A DNA stretch of 54,498 nt. Source: Nemertoderma westbladi (taxonomy: Eukaryota > Animalia > Xenacoelomorpha). The translations under genes and the position numbers were made by a program. Positions within the stretch are counted from its first letter, which is position 1, and each line of letters begins with the position of its first letter. Positions 1 through 12,343 of this stretch are shown here, one piece after another. The stretch covers positions 1 through 54,498 of the forward strand of contig JAUCBJ010002326.1 of the NCBI GenBank assembly GCA_032718475.1, in the 5' to 3' direction. The notes below the pieces were generated by a model. That model made no database searches and had not been told where the DNA came from. It saw only the letters and a list, made by a program, of their open reading frames with translations.

Positions 1-493
1 AGTCTGATAGTCAGACAGTATAGTAATAGTTATATGGTATAGGCTGAAAGGTATAGGATGGACGCCCCCAAACAGGAATGAGCCTACTCTTGCTTATACG
101 AATTTGGAATTGTCCAGATCAGCTGTCAGCGGGCCGCCGGTGCCGGCGCCGGGTACGAATTGTCCGCGTACGAATTGTCCTAACTTTTCTGCCATCTTAC
201 TTCGGCTATTCCATATTTTATTCCTGTATTCCTATGTTCTGATGTTATCGGGTATATCTTTTGCGTAGAGGTATAGCCTAGGCTATATAGAGGCTACATG
301 AAGGTAGGTGTAGCCTACATGTAGATGCACGTGTAGGGTGAATGGAATGTAGGTAGGTGTAGTCCCATAGATATTAATGTAATTTATGTTGCGCGCGTAC
401 TGCCACTAGTATGTCTCTGTTAGTTGAAACAAAATTGGAACATAATTGAAACATATTAGGAGCCACGTAATGGTGTCCTACCTGCAATGCTAT

Positions 494-692
494 GTATGCC
501 AGTGAAACAAATTTGAAACAAATTAGGAGGGCCGTAATGATAGTCTACCGGAGAATTGGAACAATGATGGGCTACGGAGCTCAAAAAATTGGAACAATGT
601 TAAGTATGCCAGTGAAACAAATTTGAAACAAATTAGGAGAGCCGTAATGATAGCCTACCGGAAGAATTGGAACAATGATGGGCTACGGAGCT
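494..692. repeat. Tandem duplication, about 110-bp period, 2 copies plus degenerate pieces upstream
   Basis: tatgccagtgaaacaaatttgaaacaaattagga...gggctacggagct occurs at about 495 and again at about 605. Confidence 0.75.
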
Positions 693-1319
693 GCCTGGGT
701 TGTTTGGCTGAACCAGTGGTGGCACGGATGAGGGGGTAAGAAAAGGGGGAAGGATCTAAAAATAGCACCCAATAGGAAGCTTCTAGCTTCTTGCATTGCT
801 ACGGCTACCGGTACCTTGCTTGGCCTCTAGGCTGGCTCTGGCATAACCCTTATTTTCGCATGCGAATAAAGGTAATGTTTTAAAGATCTGGTGTGTAAAA
901 CGCGTTTTTGTGCAGTGATGTTTACGATATTATAATTAAACTAACTGCACTAACTATCTCACATTTATTTAATAATATATGGTAAAAAAAGCAACCAACC
1001 TATTAATTACAATAATTTACAATAGTTATCGAATGTTCTAGGATGTAAAAACTTAGCATTATTTTATAGGAAACGATTATAAAAAAAGGTTCTTGTAAAA
1101 AAGGTTTTGGCGAAAACTGTCCCTGCTTTACGTTTTTGCAAATTTCTGGTACGGCACGATTGCTCCGAGAATGTTTGCCATGGAGTCTGAATAAGGTAGG
1201 AAAAGTAGGGGTGGGTGTGTTTGTTAGGTTCGGGCGGTCGGTGCGGGTAAATAGGGTGTGGGAGGGAGGGATGGTGGGTAGGGGTAGGTGAGTGCGGGTA
1301 ATTAGGTGTGTAGGGGTAG

Positions 1320-3065
1320 GGGAGGTTGGGTGTGGTTAAGTAGACGTGCTTGCTTAGTTTGGTGTGTGGGTGCGGTTAAGTAGACGTGCTTAGGTTGGTG
1401 GGTGGGTGCAGTTAAGTAGGTGTGCTTAGGTGGGTGGGTGGGTGCGGTTAAGTCGATGTGCTTAGGAGGGTGGGTGGCCGGGTGCGGTTAAGTAGGTGTG
1501 CTTAGGTGGGTGGGTGGGTGCGGCTAAGTCGATGTGCTTAGGTGGGTGGGTGGGTGCAGTTAAGTAGTTGTGCTTAGGTAGATGGGTGGGTGCGGTTAAG
1601 TAGACGTGCTTAGGAGGGTGGGTGGGTGTGGTTAAGTAGACGTGCTTATGTAGGTGGGTTGGTGCGGTTAAGTAGGTGTGCTTAGGTGGGTGGGTGGGTG
1701 CGGTTAAGTAGACGTTCGTATGTAGGTGGGTGGGTGCGGTTAAGTAGGTGTGCTTAGGTGGGTGGGTGCGGTTAAGTAGACGTGCTTAGGTGGGTTGGTT
1801 GATTGTTTGCGGTTAAGTACACGTGCGGTTAAGTAGGTGTGCTTAGGTGGGTGGGTGGGTGCCGTTAAGTCGATGTGCTTAGGTGGGTGGGTGGGTTGGT
1901 TAAGTAAACGTGCTTAGGTGGGTGGGTGGGTGTGGTTAAGTATACGTGCTTAGGTGGGTGCGGTTAACTATGTGTGCTTAGGTAGGAGGTGGGTGCGGGT
2001 AAGTATACGTGCTTATGTGGGTGGGTGGGTGGGTGCGGTTAAGTCGATGTGCTTAGGTGGGTGCGGTTAACTAGGTGTGCTTAGGTAGGAGGTGGGTGCG
2101 GGTAAATATACGTGCTTATGTGGGTGGGTGGGTGTGGTTAAGTACACGTGCTTAGGTTGGTGGGTGGGTGCGGTTAAGTCGATGTGCTTAGGTGGGTGCG
2201 GTTAACTAGGTGTGCTTAGGTAGGTGGGTGGGTGCGGTGTAAGTCGATACGTGCTTAGGTGGGTGGGTGGGTGTTTGCGGTTAAGTAGACGTGCTTAGGT
2301 GTGTGGGTGGGTGCGGGTAAGTAGACGTGCTTAGGTGTGTGGGTGGGTGCGGTTAAATAGACGTGCTGAGGTGGGTGGGTGGGTGCGGTTAAGTCGATGT
2401 GCTTAGGTGGGTGCGTTTAACTAGGTGTGCTTAGGTAGGTGGGTGGGTGTAGGTAAGTATACGTGCTTAGGTGGGTGCGGTTAAGTACACGTGCTTAGGT
2501 GGGTGGGTGGGTGCGGTTAAGTAGACGTGTTTAGATGGGTGGGTGGGTGCGGGTAAGTAGACGTGCTTAGAAGGGCGGGTGGGTGCGGTTAAGTAGGTGT
2601 GCTTAGGTGGGTGGGTGGGTGCGGTTAAATAGGTATGCTTAGATGGGTGGGTGGGTGCGGTTAAGTCGATGTGCTTAGGTGGGTGGGTCGGCGGGTGTGG
2701 TTAACTAGACGTGCTTAGGTTGGTGGGTGTGTGCGGTTAAGTAGGTGTGCTTAGGTGGGTGGGTGGGTGCGGTTAAGTAGGTATGCTTAGATGGGTGGGT
2801 GGGTGCGGTTAAGTCGATGTGCTTAGGTGGGTGGGTGGGTGGGTGTGGTTAACTAGACGTGCTTAGGTTGGTGGGTGTGTGCGGTTAAGTAGACGTGCTT
2901 AGGAGAGTGGGTGGGTGCAGTTAAGTAGTTGTGCTTAGGTAGGTGGGTGGGTGTGGGTAAGTATACGTGCTTAGGTGGGTAGGGGGTGCGGTTAAGTAGG
3001 TGTGCTTAGATCGGTGGGTGGGTGCAGTTAAGTCGACGTGCTTAGGTGGGTGGGAGGGTACGTGT
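1320..3065. repeat. G/T-rich minisatellite, unit about 28-40 bp: (GGGT)n-GCGGTTAAGTAGACGTGCTTA
   Basis: Roughly 50 tandem degenerate units; unit length varies with the number of GGGT copies. Boundaries are approximate. Confidence 0.9.
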
Positions 3066-4418
3066 AAGTAGGCATGTAGGAATGGGTATGTATGGTTAAG
3101 TACAGTAGGTGTGTAATGATACAGTAGGTGGGTGGGGGGGGGGGGGGGGGTAAGTTTAGCAACTATTAAGTAGTATTACCACTTCTCAATAAGGTAGACA
3201 GCTGTATGTTTACAGTATAGAACGGTCGTAAAATAGAGGCGTCCCATTGGATGCTATTTATAGATCCATACCCCTTTTCTTTCCCCCTCTTCCCCCTTTT
3301 CTTACGCGCGCTTACCCCCAGCACAGAGAAGATCTTCCCCCAGCTCGCGCGCAGGATGTATGGCAATAATCTCTGATCTCCACAGTACAATACGGTACAT
3401 CAACCTGCAGACCTGTCTGCTGTCAGACAACAGGTTTTACTGCATACTGCAGTACTGTCAGACTGTATAAATATCAAACATCGCTGTTCCGATTATACTA
3501 AAGTCCCTTACTCGTCATAATAAATATTAGACCCTAATAAATTTGAGTATGCTAACGCCACGAAAGGCATCGTTCCATTAGATTAACTCGTTCTGATTTA
3601 TATGTCATATGTTTGAGTAAGAGTAACCTTAAACAAACAGCCATCATCGCGGGGACTATGGGGCCGTTCAAGTTGCTCTGTGTAAACACGTAAAGTGGAA
3701 GTGGAGTAAAATGGTTGTTTATTGTTTACCCGATTTGAATTTTATTCTTCTATGTCATGTCTTGACTCAGATACCTTTACGGTTGTTTTATACTGTATTA
3801 TTAAGGAATACAATTAATTAGTACTGGTTTAGTACCGGTACGTACTGTACAGTTAATGCACACTGCAGAATGTTTGTTAAATTCGGGAAATGTTCGGATA
3901 GTTGGAAATTAAGCACACAATCAAACACACCCAAACACAATCAAACACAGTCAAAATGTTAACCAGTCCAAATCGGAAAGCCAAGTTAATTCTACGTCAG
4001 TTTGTACAAAAATTATTTTCAAAATGTCTAAGCAATGCCTCTATTTTTGCCAATTTGTATCTCAACTCACAGCTAGCTGGACTGGTTGCTAGGCACTAGT
4101 GACATTTGCATTACGTACCGCTACCGGTACAAAGCAAGTACAGAGTTGTACTCAGTAGAGTACTGATCAGCTGATGTACAGGCCTACAACCAGACAAGAG
4201 CCCTATCATCTATTAAACCCGGAACGATGGTGACGGAGTCTATTAAACCCGGAACGGAACTATAAATTCGACTGTAGTAGGTACAGTTTTTCCAGTTAAA
4301 ATTACTGTAATTGAAAATGTAAAACAGCGACAGTGGAAACGTTACACAATTATTTGGAGGCAGTGCATTAATAAAGAGACAGACGGGGATGGGGGGAAAC
4401 TGGTCGCAATTCCCATCT

Positions 4419-4650
4419 TGGCGAATTAATATCCCGCCTCAATGTTAAATTTTCAATTTGGAGGGAAAGGAACAAGTTAATGCAGAACAGTGTCACGTTA
4501 TTTTAACCAAAACAATAAACTAAACACAGTAGAATAGGTTACAGTTTTATTTTTGACAATAAACAGCTGTTATTTGCGTCGAATTTCCCCTGGAGAGGGA
4601 TTAATTTTTATTGCGTCCAGTCACCCCCCCCCCCCCCCCCCCCACCCCTA
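4419..4650. repeat. Dispersed repeat / MITE-like family A, copy 1
   Basis: Colinear with 5577-5780 (gcgaat.aatatcccgcctcaatgttaaat ... ttgcgtcgaatttcccctggagag ... ttgcgtccagt). Flanked by G and C tracts. A more distant relative lies at about 13273-13400. Confidence 0.7.
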
Positions 4651-5576
4651 TCTGTTAATAAAATAATGGCCCAGTTTGAGTTGCCGCCTGCCGGCCAAGT
4701 TGTTGGTAAATTTCTTAAGTGTAAACAGCGAACAAATTAAGTTGTTAGTTACGGACAAAGTTGCACAATAGTTGTCATTGTAAACCTAAACCATAGCATT
4801 TATGAGCAGCAACATTTATGCTGTTCTGCAGTTAAGTTCTGTGTTGCGTTCTGTTAGGTACAGTGTAGGGCCTACACTGTAGGTCCAGGCCTACTGTAGG
4901 TCCAGAGTCAGCAGTTAGGCTTAGGTATAGCCCAAGGACTACTATACTACAGGACTGGCACACCCCTTCATCCGACTTCGCTAGCGAAGTCCATTGGTTT
5001 GGTATTGCTTTATATTGTTATAGACATTGTTATCAAAGGATTTTCATGAAATTTAGTACACAATCGTAATTATTAATAACATAATATATTTTGGTGTCAA
5101 GAAATAAAGGACGAGCACAGCGAGGCTTGTAACAAAGGAGACGAGTGTAGTGTACCAACTATTCTTTATAGTCTTGAACGACCGTGTTTAGTACATTGCG
5201 CGACATAAAAACGATACGAACAGTATCCCTATCCCAGGGTAATGTCATGACACAGATGATAACGGATTCAACTAGCGGTAAATTGTGTATACAATATACA
5301 TACATGGACCTCTCTATATATTCTTTATCTCTGGTCATTTACTATCCTAGCAGTTCTCAAGCCAGGTTCCAGGTAACCACCCCCCCCCCCCCAGCCCCCC
5401 CCCCCTCCCCCACTCCCAACCGCCATTCTGATATTATTACTTTATAGGGCTATTATTATTAGGTACTTTATATTATTATTAGGTTCTTACTTTATATTAC
5501 TAGTAGGTACTTTATGTTATTACTTTATTATTTATTACGATTGCCGACCCAATATTCCCCACCCCTGGGGAAACTA

Positions 5577-5780
5577 GGCGAATCAATATCCCGCCTCAAT
5601 GTTAAATTCTCAATTTAGGGAAAGGAGCAGGTTACAGTGGCACGTTATTTTAAACAAAACAATAAACTAAACATAATATAACAGGTTACAGTTTTATTTT
5701 TGAGAGTAATCAGCTGTTATTTGCGTCGAATTTCCCCTGGAGAGAGGGATGAATTTTTATTGCGTCCAGTGGCCCCCCCT
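5577..5780. repeat. Dispersed repeat / MITE-like family A, copy 2 (inside the P element)
   Basis: Colinear with 4419-4650; carries the bipartite cassette at 5621-5667. Confidence 0.7.
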
Positions 5781-6186
5781 TATTTTGCCCCCTTCCCGTT
5801 ATTCGGAGGAATTTAGTTTGTGCTGCCTTATCACCAGAATGTGAGTCGCGCCGTTTCTGCCTTTCCATAGATCGCTTTTGTACTTCATTAAGAAGGGCGT
5901 TTGCTAGGGTACAGCAAGCAGCTATTGGTGGCAGTTGGGATATACCGTAATAGACCGCAATAATGTGTATTACTTGAGTTAGTTGTTTGTAGTACCGTAT
6001 AGGTATAGTTCCATCCCATCATGTACAGCATCCACCCATGCAGCAGACGCCATGGTCCTGGTCCACCATACCAGGTGATGCGGAGTAAGTTGTAATCCAC
6101 CACGAGTTAGGGCTTGGGGTTAGGGCTTGGGTAAATATATTATCCTCCTCTTAAATATCACCTGTGATGTCTAACTCTGGGATTAC

Positions 6187-7162
6187 CTTTACCAGGAATC
6201 CTGCGACGTATCCAGCTGCCTGAAACTCATCATAACTGACTTCAATATCCACTAGCTGTTCAATTTTTCTCAGCATTTCCGTTGTTATTAGGACATACTT
6301 TCGGATGTTCAGGTGCTTTCAAAGTGGATGGGATATCGTCTAATAGAACAAAGTCTAAAGTATAAACTCAAGCTGAGACTTATATTTGGATGTCTCAAGA
6401 TCAATCGCGGCATTAACGTACTCCTTAGCTTTCGTAAGTAGCGATGTCGTAGTACCAACATTACGTTTCACGACTGCAATGACTTCTTCCAACTGAGACC
6501 AACGTATTAGTTGGCTATTACGAGCGAGGCAATGCGAAAACCCCAAGCTGCAACCCAGCTGATCAACCGCCGATCGGCTGATACAAACATGTCCGAGGAA
6601 AGTTGACTCTTTGATGGAAGTGAAACCTGTCCAATATACTGTATACTTCGTTATGGAAAAAGAAGAGCAATACTTGGAACTGCGATAGTTTCACAAAAAT
6701 GTCAGTACGCGACCGTATCCTGCAATTCCCTTTAGCCACGTAGAAACAACAGGCAGGCAGGTTCAGTCAGCTGCAAAAAGCCCCCAATTAAATCTCACTC
6801 CATGCACTCATTGAGTAACTGAAGTTGGCGTTCCTCAATGGGAGGGATGTCTCGTGGAGTGGGGGGTCGCGGCGGAACTCACGATAAGGGAAGTCCAGGG
6901 AAGTATAACGGAATATTGTTGGTCGCAAGGAACCGCCAGGGACTTTCTTGTGCGGAATTCCCTTGGAAAACTCTGGCCACTGTTGAATACAAATGACGGC
7001 AGTGCTTCCATACTTAAACAGAGAGCCGTCATCTGCACTGCATCGTGGTAGCGCGGCGATCCACTGATCTCGTTCGGCATCGACAGGAGGAAGTTTCACT
7101 ACACGAACGGGATTTCCTGCGTAATTGGCGTCGCAGCCAAATACGCAACAATAATTAGGCAT
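6187..7162 (-). pseudogene. THAP-domain P-type transposase remnant
   Basis: ORF 6788-7162 reads MPNYCCVFGC...KLPP...W...CIQQWP...PTIF, a THAP C2CH signature with the His ligand read as Gln. YDEFQAAGYVAGFLVK at about 6187-6234 resembles the P-transposase C-terminal YxAG[YF] motif. There is no room for a catalytic core between the two. Confidence 0.8.
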
Positions 7163-7701
7163 AATAATAATAAATAACTTGTTCTGTTGGTAGTTTAGCC
7201 TAATGTTGTACAGTTGTAATACGGCACCTTAAATACCTACCTAGCACCTAGTGACCTATAGTAATTGATTTAATTACTACCAAATGGTACCACCTAGGCC
7301 TACCTGTACCGAAACGGTCGCGGTACCGTACCGGTAGCATCATACGAGTACGGGTTACCACTGTACCAGGGTAGGGCCATACAGCCGTCCAGTTGAATGT
7401 ACTGTAACTGTAACTAGACTATCTGACTTTCTAACTGTACTATTCCCATATACCAGAGGTAGCGGTAGGACTATAATACAGCTATAACTATTCATTCTAC
7501 GGTAGTACAGTAGTAGGCTATTCAGGTAGTACAGCTTACAGCAGTATGAAATTAATGGACTTCGCTAGCGAAGTCGGATCAGGCAGTGTGCCAGTCCTGT
7601 AGTATAGTAGTCCTTGGTATAGCCCTAACCTGCTAGCATGTCAGCTTGTTTGTTAGTCTTAGTAGGGCTGTAGTAGGGGCGTAACCTGCAATTTTTTAAC
7701 G

Positions 7702-7760
7702 TCCGGGCACGGGTCCCCTTCCATATCCGGACACGGGTCCCCTTCCATATCCGGGCACGT
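7702..7760. repeat. Short 24-bp tandem repeat, about 2.5 copies
   Basis: tccgg(g/a)cacgggtccccttccata repeated. Confidence 0.7.
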
Positions 7761-8220
7761 GGCTGCGACCCTTTGTGTTGTAATTTGCTCGAATATTTCA
7801 TATTACTGAATTATACTTATTTACATAGGCCTACTGTAGATTTTATTATCATTTGGCATTTAGGCTAATTAAATATATTTTGCATGGAATAGCCTATATA
7901 CCAGTCAGCTCTATTTCAAGACAGCCCATATTTATGAAACTATTTATTAGGAACAACAAACATATTTATTAGGATCAGCGGCATTGTTCATTGATAGTGC
8001 AGTAGTGGGCCTACCGGTACCGTATTGGTAGGCTGTACTTTGTGGTTCACTGATTGGATTCAATCACTGGATTATAATTACTGAATTACGGTAATTATTT
8101 GTTTTCTAGTTTGAACAAATCTTCAGTTTGTAGTCATAGGCCTATCCTGTATGGTAGGCCTACCATTTTTATCAGGGAAACCAATAATATAGTAATATCG
8201 TTTATTTTCAAACTAACAAT

Positions 8221-10911
8221 ATGAGTACCGGCATAACGGAGGCTCCTGGTTTGTTATCTACTTCTGATGAAACTAATACTTTCGCGAGATTACCTCCTGA
8301 TGTGGTTCCGTGCGTTTACGATCTGACGATTACTCCTGACTTTGACAAATGTACCTTTAGTGGAAAGGCACGTATCTCTGTTAATGTTATAAATGATGTT
8401 AACGTTGTATCATTGAACTCTGTTGATCTTGTAATCGATTCGGCATATTGGCAGAGCGATGACTACGAGATACCAGTTAGTGAAATAAAATACCACAGTG
8501 CCACTGATATCGTTCAACTATTGTTTGATAAAAATCTTCCTCTGGGGAACTTGTCTGGTTCCATCGTATTCGAGTATAAAGGGAATTTATCTGACAAACT
8601 CAATGGTTTCTATAGAACCAAGTATGCGATGAGTGATGGTGAGTTAGGGTATATGGCGGCAACTCACTTTGAACCAACTTCGGCCAGACGAGCTTTTCCA
8701 TGTTGGGATGAACCAGCTATAAAAACCTCCTATTGCATATCATTGGTAGTTCCGAAAGGAATGTCAGCTATTAGTTGCATGCCTATTGAAAGGGAAGTAG
8801 CTGAGGGCCATGATCTAAAGTTAGTAAAGTTCCAACAATCACCAAAGATTTCTAGTTATATTGTAGCTTTTGCTGTTGGGGATTTCGAGTTTCTTGAGGG
8901 GAAAGATTCTTCTGGTCTTCCTATTCGAGTGTATACATGTCCTGGCCTCAAAGACCGTGCACAATTTAGCTTAGATTTCACTATAAAAACAATGCCATTT
9001 TATGCTAATTATTTTGGCATTCCATACCCTTTGCCAAAGCTTGATCTCATTGCCATCCCAGATTTTGCCATTGGTGCCATGGAAAATTGGGGTCTTGTAT
9101 GCTTTAGGGAGATGTATTTGTTGGTAGATCCGAGGCCTGGCCAAAGTTCATCACGTCAACGACTTGTTGTTGCTGGCGTGGTGGGTCATGAACTGTCTCA
9201 TATGTGGTTCGGTAATATGGTCGGTATCAAATGGTGGAGCCAGTTGTGGCTCAAAGAGGGTTTCGCGAATTGGATTCAGAATTTGTGTGTGGATTATTGT
9301 CACCCCGAATTTAAACCATGGGAGATATTCGTCACTGGCATGTATGCAAGCGCTCTACATCTTGACGCACTCAAGTCTACTCATGCTATAGAAGTAAATG
9401 TTAATAAACCCTCCGAGATCGATGATATATTTGATGAGATTTCCTATGATAAAGGAGCATCAATTATTAGAATGCTTAATGATTACATTGGAAACGAATC
9501 ATTCAGAAAGGCTTTGAATGTGTATGTGAAAGAAAATAGTTTTAGTTGCACGTCTACTGAAGATCTATGGAATGCGTTGGAGTCAGTTGTGTGTGAAACG
9601 TCAAAGTCTGGGGATTCGCATAAAAGCGAAAAAAGTGTTGGCGAAGTTATGAATACCTTTACTAAACAACCTGGAGTCCCGTTAGTTCAAGTCGAGTTCG
9701 TAAATAATAAAATGACCCTCAAACAAAGCAAGTTTATGTATTTGAATGAAGATGCTGGTGTGGATAAATCCTTTTGGTTTATCCCATTATCGTATAAAAC
9801 GGATGGAGGTGAAACTTTCAGAGTTGTATTAGAGGATAAATCCATGACTATCGATATGAGTCCCGATACAAAGTGGATTAAGCTTAACATCGATAGTGTT
9901 GGATATTATCGAACCTCATATGACGCCAACTTGTACGCTTTGTTATTGTCTGCTTTCTTTGATCCTACTGATTCCAGTAAGTTCTCCTCGAGTGATCGCA
10001 TTGGCTTTGCTAGCGATTCGTTCGCTTTGTCAAAGGCCGGTTTGGTATCGACTGTCTCATTTCTGAAGTTGGTTGAAGTTTTCCAAGAGGAAGACTCTTA
10101 CTTCGTATGGCGAGGTTTGCTACACGATTTGTCGATGCTGAAAGACCTATTGGCTTTTTCGAATCTACCTGGGATAATCAATAAATTTAATACTTTCATC
10201 AAGTCTTCTTTGCAAAAGTTGAAATTTAAGTTGTTGGGGAGAAGAGATGATTCGGAGCAAACTTCAATGCTTAGGGGAATAGTTTATAAGATGTTAGGTG
10301 AAGTTGGAGATGAAGCTATTATAGAAATCGCTAAAACTCTGTTCGCTCAAATCCGAGAAGGGTCAGAAGAGGTCAAGGATATAGACGGAAATCTTAGGTC
10401 AGCTATTTATTTCACAGTTCTGTGCAACGGGGGTGAGAATGAAGTGGACCAATGCATCGAATTATATCGGAAATCCACTGATTCACAAGATCGGGTTAAG
10501 CTCTTGGGCAGTTTGGGATCGAGTACCAAATGGAATGTTATCAACAAAGTACTTAAGTTCTCCTTCAGCGATGAAGTTCGCTACCAAGATGCTATCCACG
10601 CTATTCGAAGCTGTTCTGGAAGCAATCACGGCCAGCTGTTGGCTTTCCAGTTCATGAAGGATAATTGGGATGAAATTGTGAAACGATACGAAGGAAAGCA
10701 TATACTAGCCCATTTGGTGGATACATTTTGTGATGGATTTTCTTCGTTATCTGATGTATCGGAAATTGAAGAATTCTTCCGTGATCGTAAAGCCCCCCAA
10801 CGCGCTATCCAGCAGTCTATCGAGAATGTTCGCATAAGAAGCGCTTGGCTCACTAGGGATGAAATGGACATTGAGGTATTCCTTGATGAATATGCTTCTA
10901 GAATCGCTTAA
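8221..10911 (+). CDS. NPEPPS: M1-family zinc aminopeptidase, puromycin-sensitive aminopeptidase-like (896 aa, single exon)
   Basis: GAMEN exopeptidase motif, HELSH...WLKEG (HEXXH-X18-E), FEPTSARRAFPCWDEP and IFDEISYDKG. No N-terminal transmembrane anchor, consistent with the cytosolic PSA type. AATAAA at 11104-11109. Confidence 0.9.
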   Translation: MSTGITEAPGLLSTSDETNTFARLPPDVVPCVYDLTITPDFDKCTFSGKARISVNVINDVNVVSLNSVDLVIDSAYWQSDDYEIPVSEIKYHSATDIVQLLFDKNLPLGNLSGSIVFEYKGNLSDKLNGFYRTKYAMSDGELGYMAATHFEPTSARRAFPCWDEPAIKTSYCISLVVPKGMSAISCMPIEREVAEGHDLKLVKFQQSPKISSYIVAFAVGDFEFLEGKDSSGLPIRVYTCPGLKDRAQFSLDFTIKTMPFYANYFGIPYPLPKLDLIAIPDFAIGAMENWGLVCFREMYLLVDPRPGQSSSRQRLVVAGVVGHELSHMWFGNMVGIKWWSQLWLKEGFANWIQNLCVDYCHPEFKPWEIFVTGMYASALHLDALKSTHAIEVNVNKPSEIDDIFDEISYDKGASIIRMLNDYIGNESFRKALNVYVKENSFSCTSTEDLWNALESVVCETSKSGDSHKSEKSVGEVMNTFTKQPGVPLVQVEFVNNKMTLKQSKFMYLNEDAGVDKSFWFIPLSYKTDGGETFRVVLEDKSMTIDMSPDTKWIKLNIDSVGYYRTSYDANLYALLLSAFFDPTDSSKFSSSDRIGFASDSFALSKAGLVSTVSFLKLVEVFQEEDSYFVWRGLLHDLSMLKDLLAFSNLPGIINKFNTFIKSSLQKLKFKLLGRRDDSEQTSMLRGIVYKMLGEVGDEAIIEIAKTLFAQIREGSEEVKDIDGNLRSAIYFTVLCNGGENEVDQCIELYRKSTDSQDRVKLLGSLGSSTKWNVINKVLKFSFSDEVRYQDAIHAIRSCSGSNHGQLLAFQFMKDNWDEIVKRYEGKHILAHLVDTFCDGFSSLSDVSEIEEFFRDRKAPQRAIQQSIENVRIRSAWLTRDEMDIEVFLDEYASRIA

Positions 10912-12343
10912 CTAGAAATATTGAGCAGCTGTGAATTTAGATAGACTGCATTGGTGTTTAGAACTGTCTGTAACATTCAATGAATAATATTAGTGAACAA
11001 ATTTGTGCTTTAAAATATATTGGATATTATTACTTGTGTATTGCTTGCAATAGCTTTATTTCTTGCTGTTTCTTGTGTGGAAAGGCATTGCCACCTTCTC
11101 ATAAATAAACTGTTTCAATAGACTGGCATATTTAATATTGATTAACAAAACGACTTTTGTATTATATTAAAATAGTATATCAGTCTTTCTGTTGTTATTT
11201 TTCACTTTGCAGTTTACCCCCATGTGTACTGTATAGTGAAGAATACCTTGTTTTCTCTGAAAACACAGGTCTCAGAAGGGGTGAATCTAACCAAACGATC
11301 AAACGAATTAATTCAGGTCATAAGATTGAAATAATCGCTATAAAACACTTGATAAGGAAAAATTTGAAAAAATATAAATTTTCGTATCGAAAATTCCGAA
11401 GAATTTCGCCGAAATGTGATAACCAGATATTTTTCACAAACGGGAAAAATACAATCACTGAATCACATCAGTAATTGTTTACATTTACTTATCTTTTCAA
11501 GACGATTTTACTAGTTTCTAAGATTTAGTTTGAATATAGCTGTTTGTTTCCGTTACAGTTCCCAAAATATTGTTTCAATTTTATTATCCCAACAAGCATA
11601 AGCAATAAGTAGGCCTGTTGCTACCACCCTATAGCAACCGCTCTGTATACAATAATCCATAATTATTTATTATTTAAAATATGTATTTAGGTGAGGTGGG
11701 GGTCTGTTATTGGGCCACGAATTCTCAAAACTTTAGGCCAGTTGCCGGCCTGATATTACACAGTTACTCAATATCATATTCATATCGTAATAATATTCAA
11801 AACTGTAGGTCGTTAAGGTCTTAGTCTTGTGTCAAGTCTCTTATGTCTTAAGGTCGTTTTGGGAATGTCTTTAGTCCTATCATATACCTAGTTTCTCTTA
11901 AGCAAATATCAATATTTAATGTATTACTTTATTGTATATATATGAGTGTTCAGCCCAGAGAATATCAACAAATTTAAAGGTAAAATCTAAAATTCTTGCT
12001 CAGGTGTTCGATGGTGTGTGGATGTGTGTGCACAATATTAGTGGTCATGGTGTAATAAATTACAATATAATTTGCTTACTCTCCACGAATTTTGTAAGTC
12101 GCCTATCACCACTGCACTGGAATGGGTTTATTGATTACGCTGAGTCACATACTGAGAATTGTATATACATCACTGAGAATTAATTAAATACACCCCTTCG
12201 CCGAGAGCTCTAATAAATAACTGATAAATTAATAATATTAATTTTAAAGGACGGGCTAACTGATTGTCATTGGAATGACTTAATTATGGTATTTATAATA
12301 GGAAAATACAAATACCATTATATATGTTTGGGATGGGTTGGGT

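Larger units (their letters stand above)
4933..7616 (-). mobile_element. Non-autonomous (internally deleted) P-element-superfamily DNA transposon with THAP domain
   Basis: 63-bp TIRs (4933-4995 / 7554-7616); the first 31 bp, CAAGGACTACTATACTACAGGACTGGCACAC, match perfectly. Perfect 8-bp TSD GTATAGCC (4925-4932 / 7617-7624). THAP ORF and a YVAGF transposase C-terminal motif on the - strand. A THAP domain plus an 8-bp TSD is typical of P elements. Confidence 0.9.

Noticed and set aside
98-184. Repeated tacgaattgtcc motif as the end of a MITE
   Set aside because: The matching opposite arm is not visible in the window, so no element can be delimited.
1320-3065. Telomeric TTAGG repeats
   Set aside because: TTAGG occurs once per unit and never in tandem.
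5631-5660. The cassette resembles a V(D)J 12-RSS (TACAGTG, 12 nt, AAACAAAAC)
   Set aside because: The essential CAC is absent, the TG of the heptamer is not conserved across copies, the nonamer match is poor, and no RAG/Transib ORF was seen.
11265-12212. Possible hAT-like element (caggtctcagaaggggtg versus caccccttcgccgagagctcta)
   Set aside because: The inverted match is imperfect and no TSD was found; it could be real but old.
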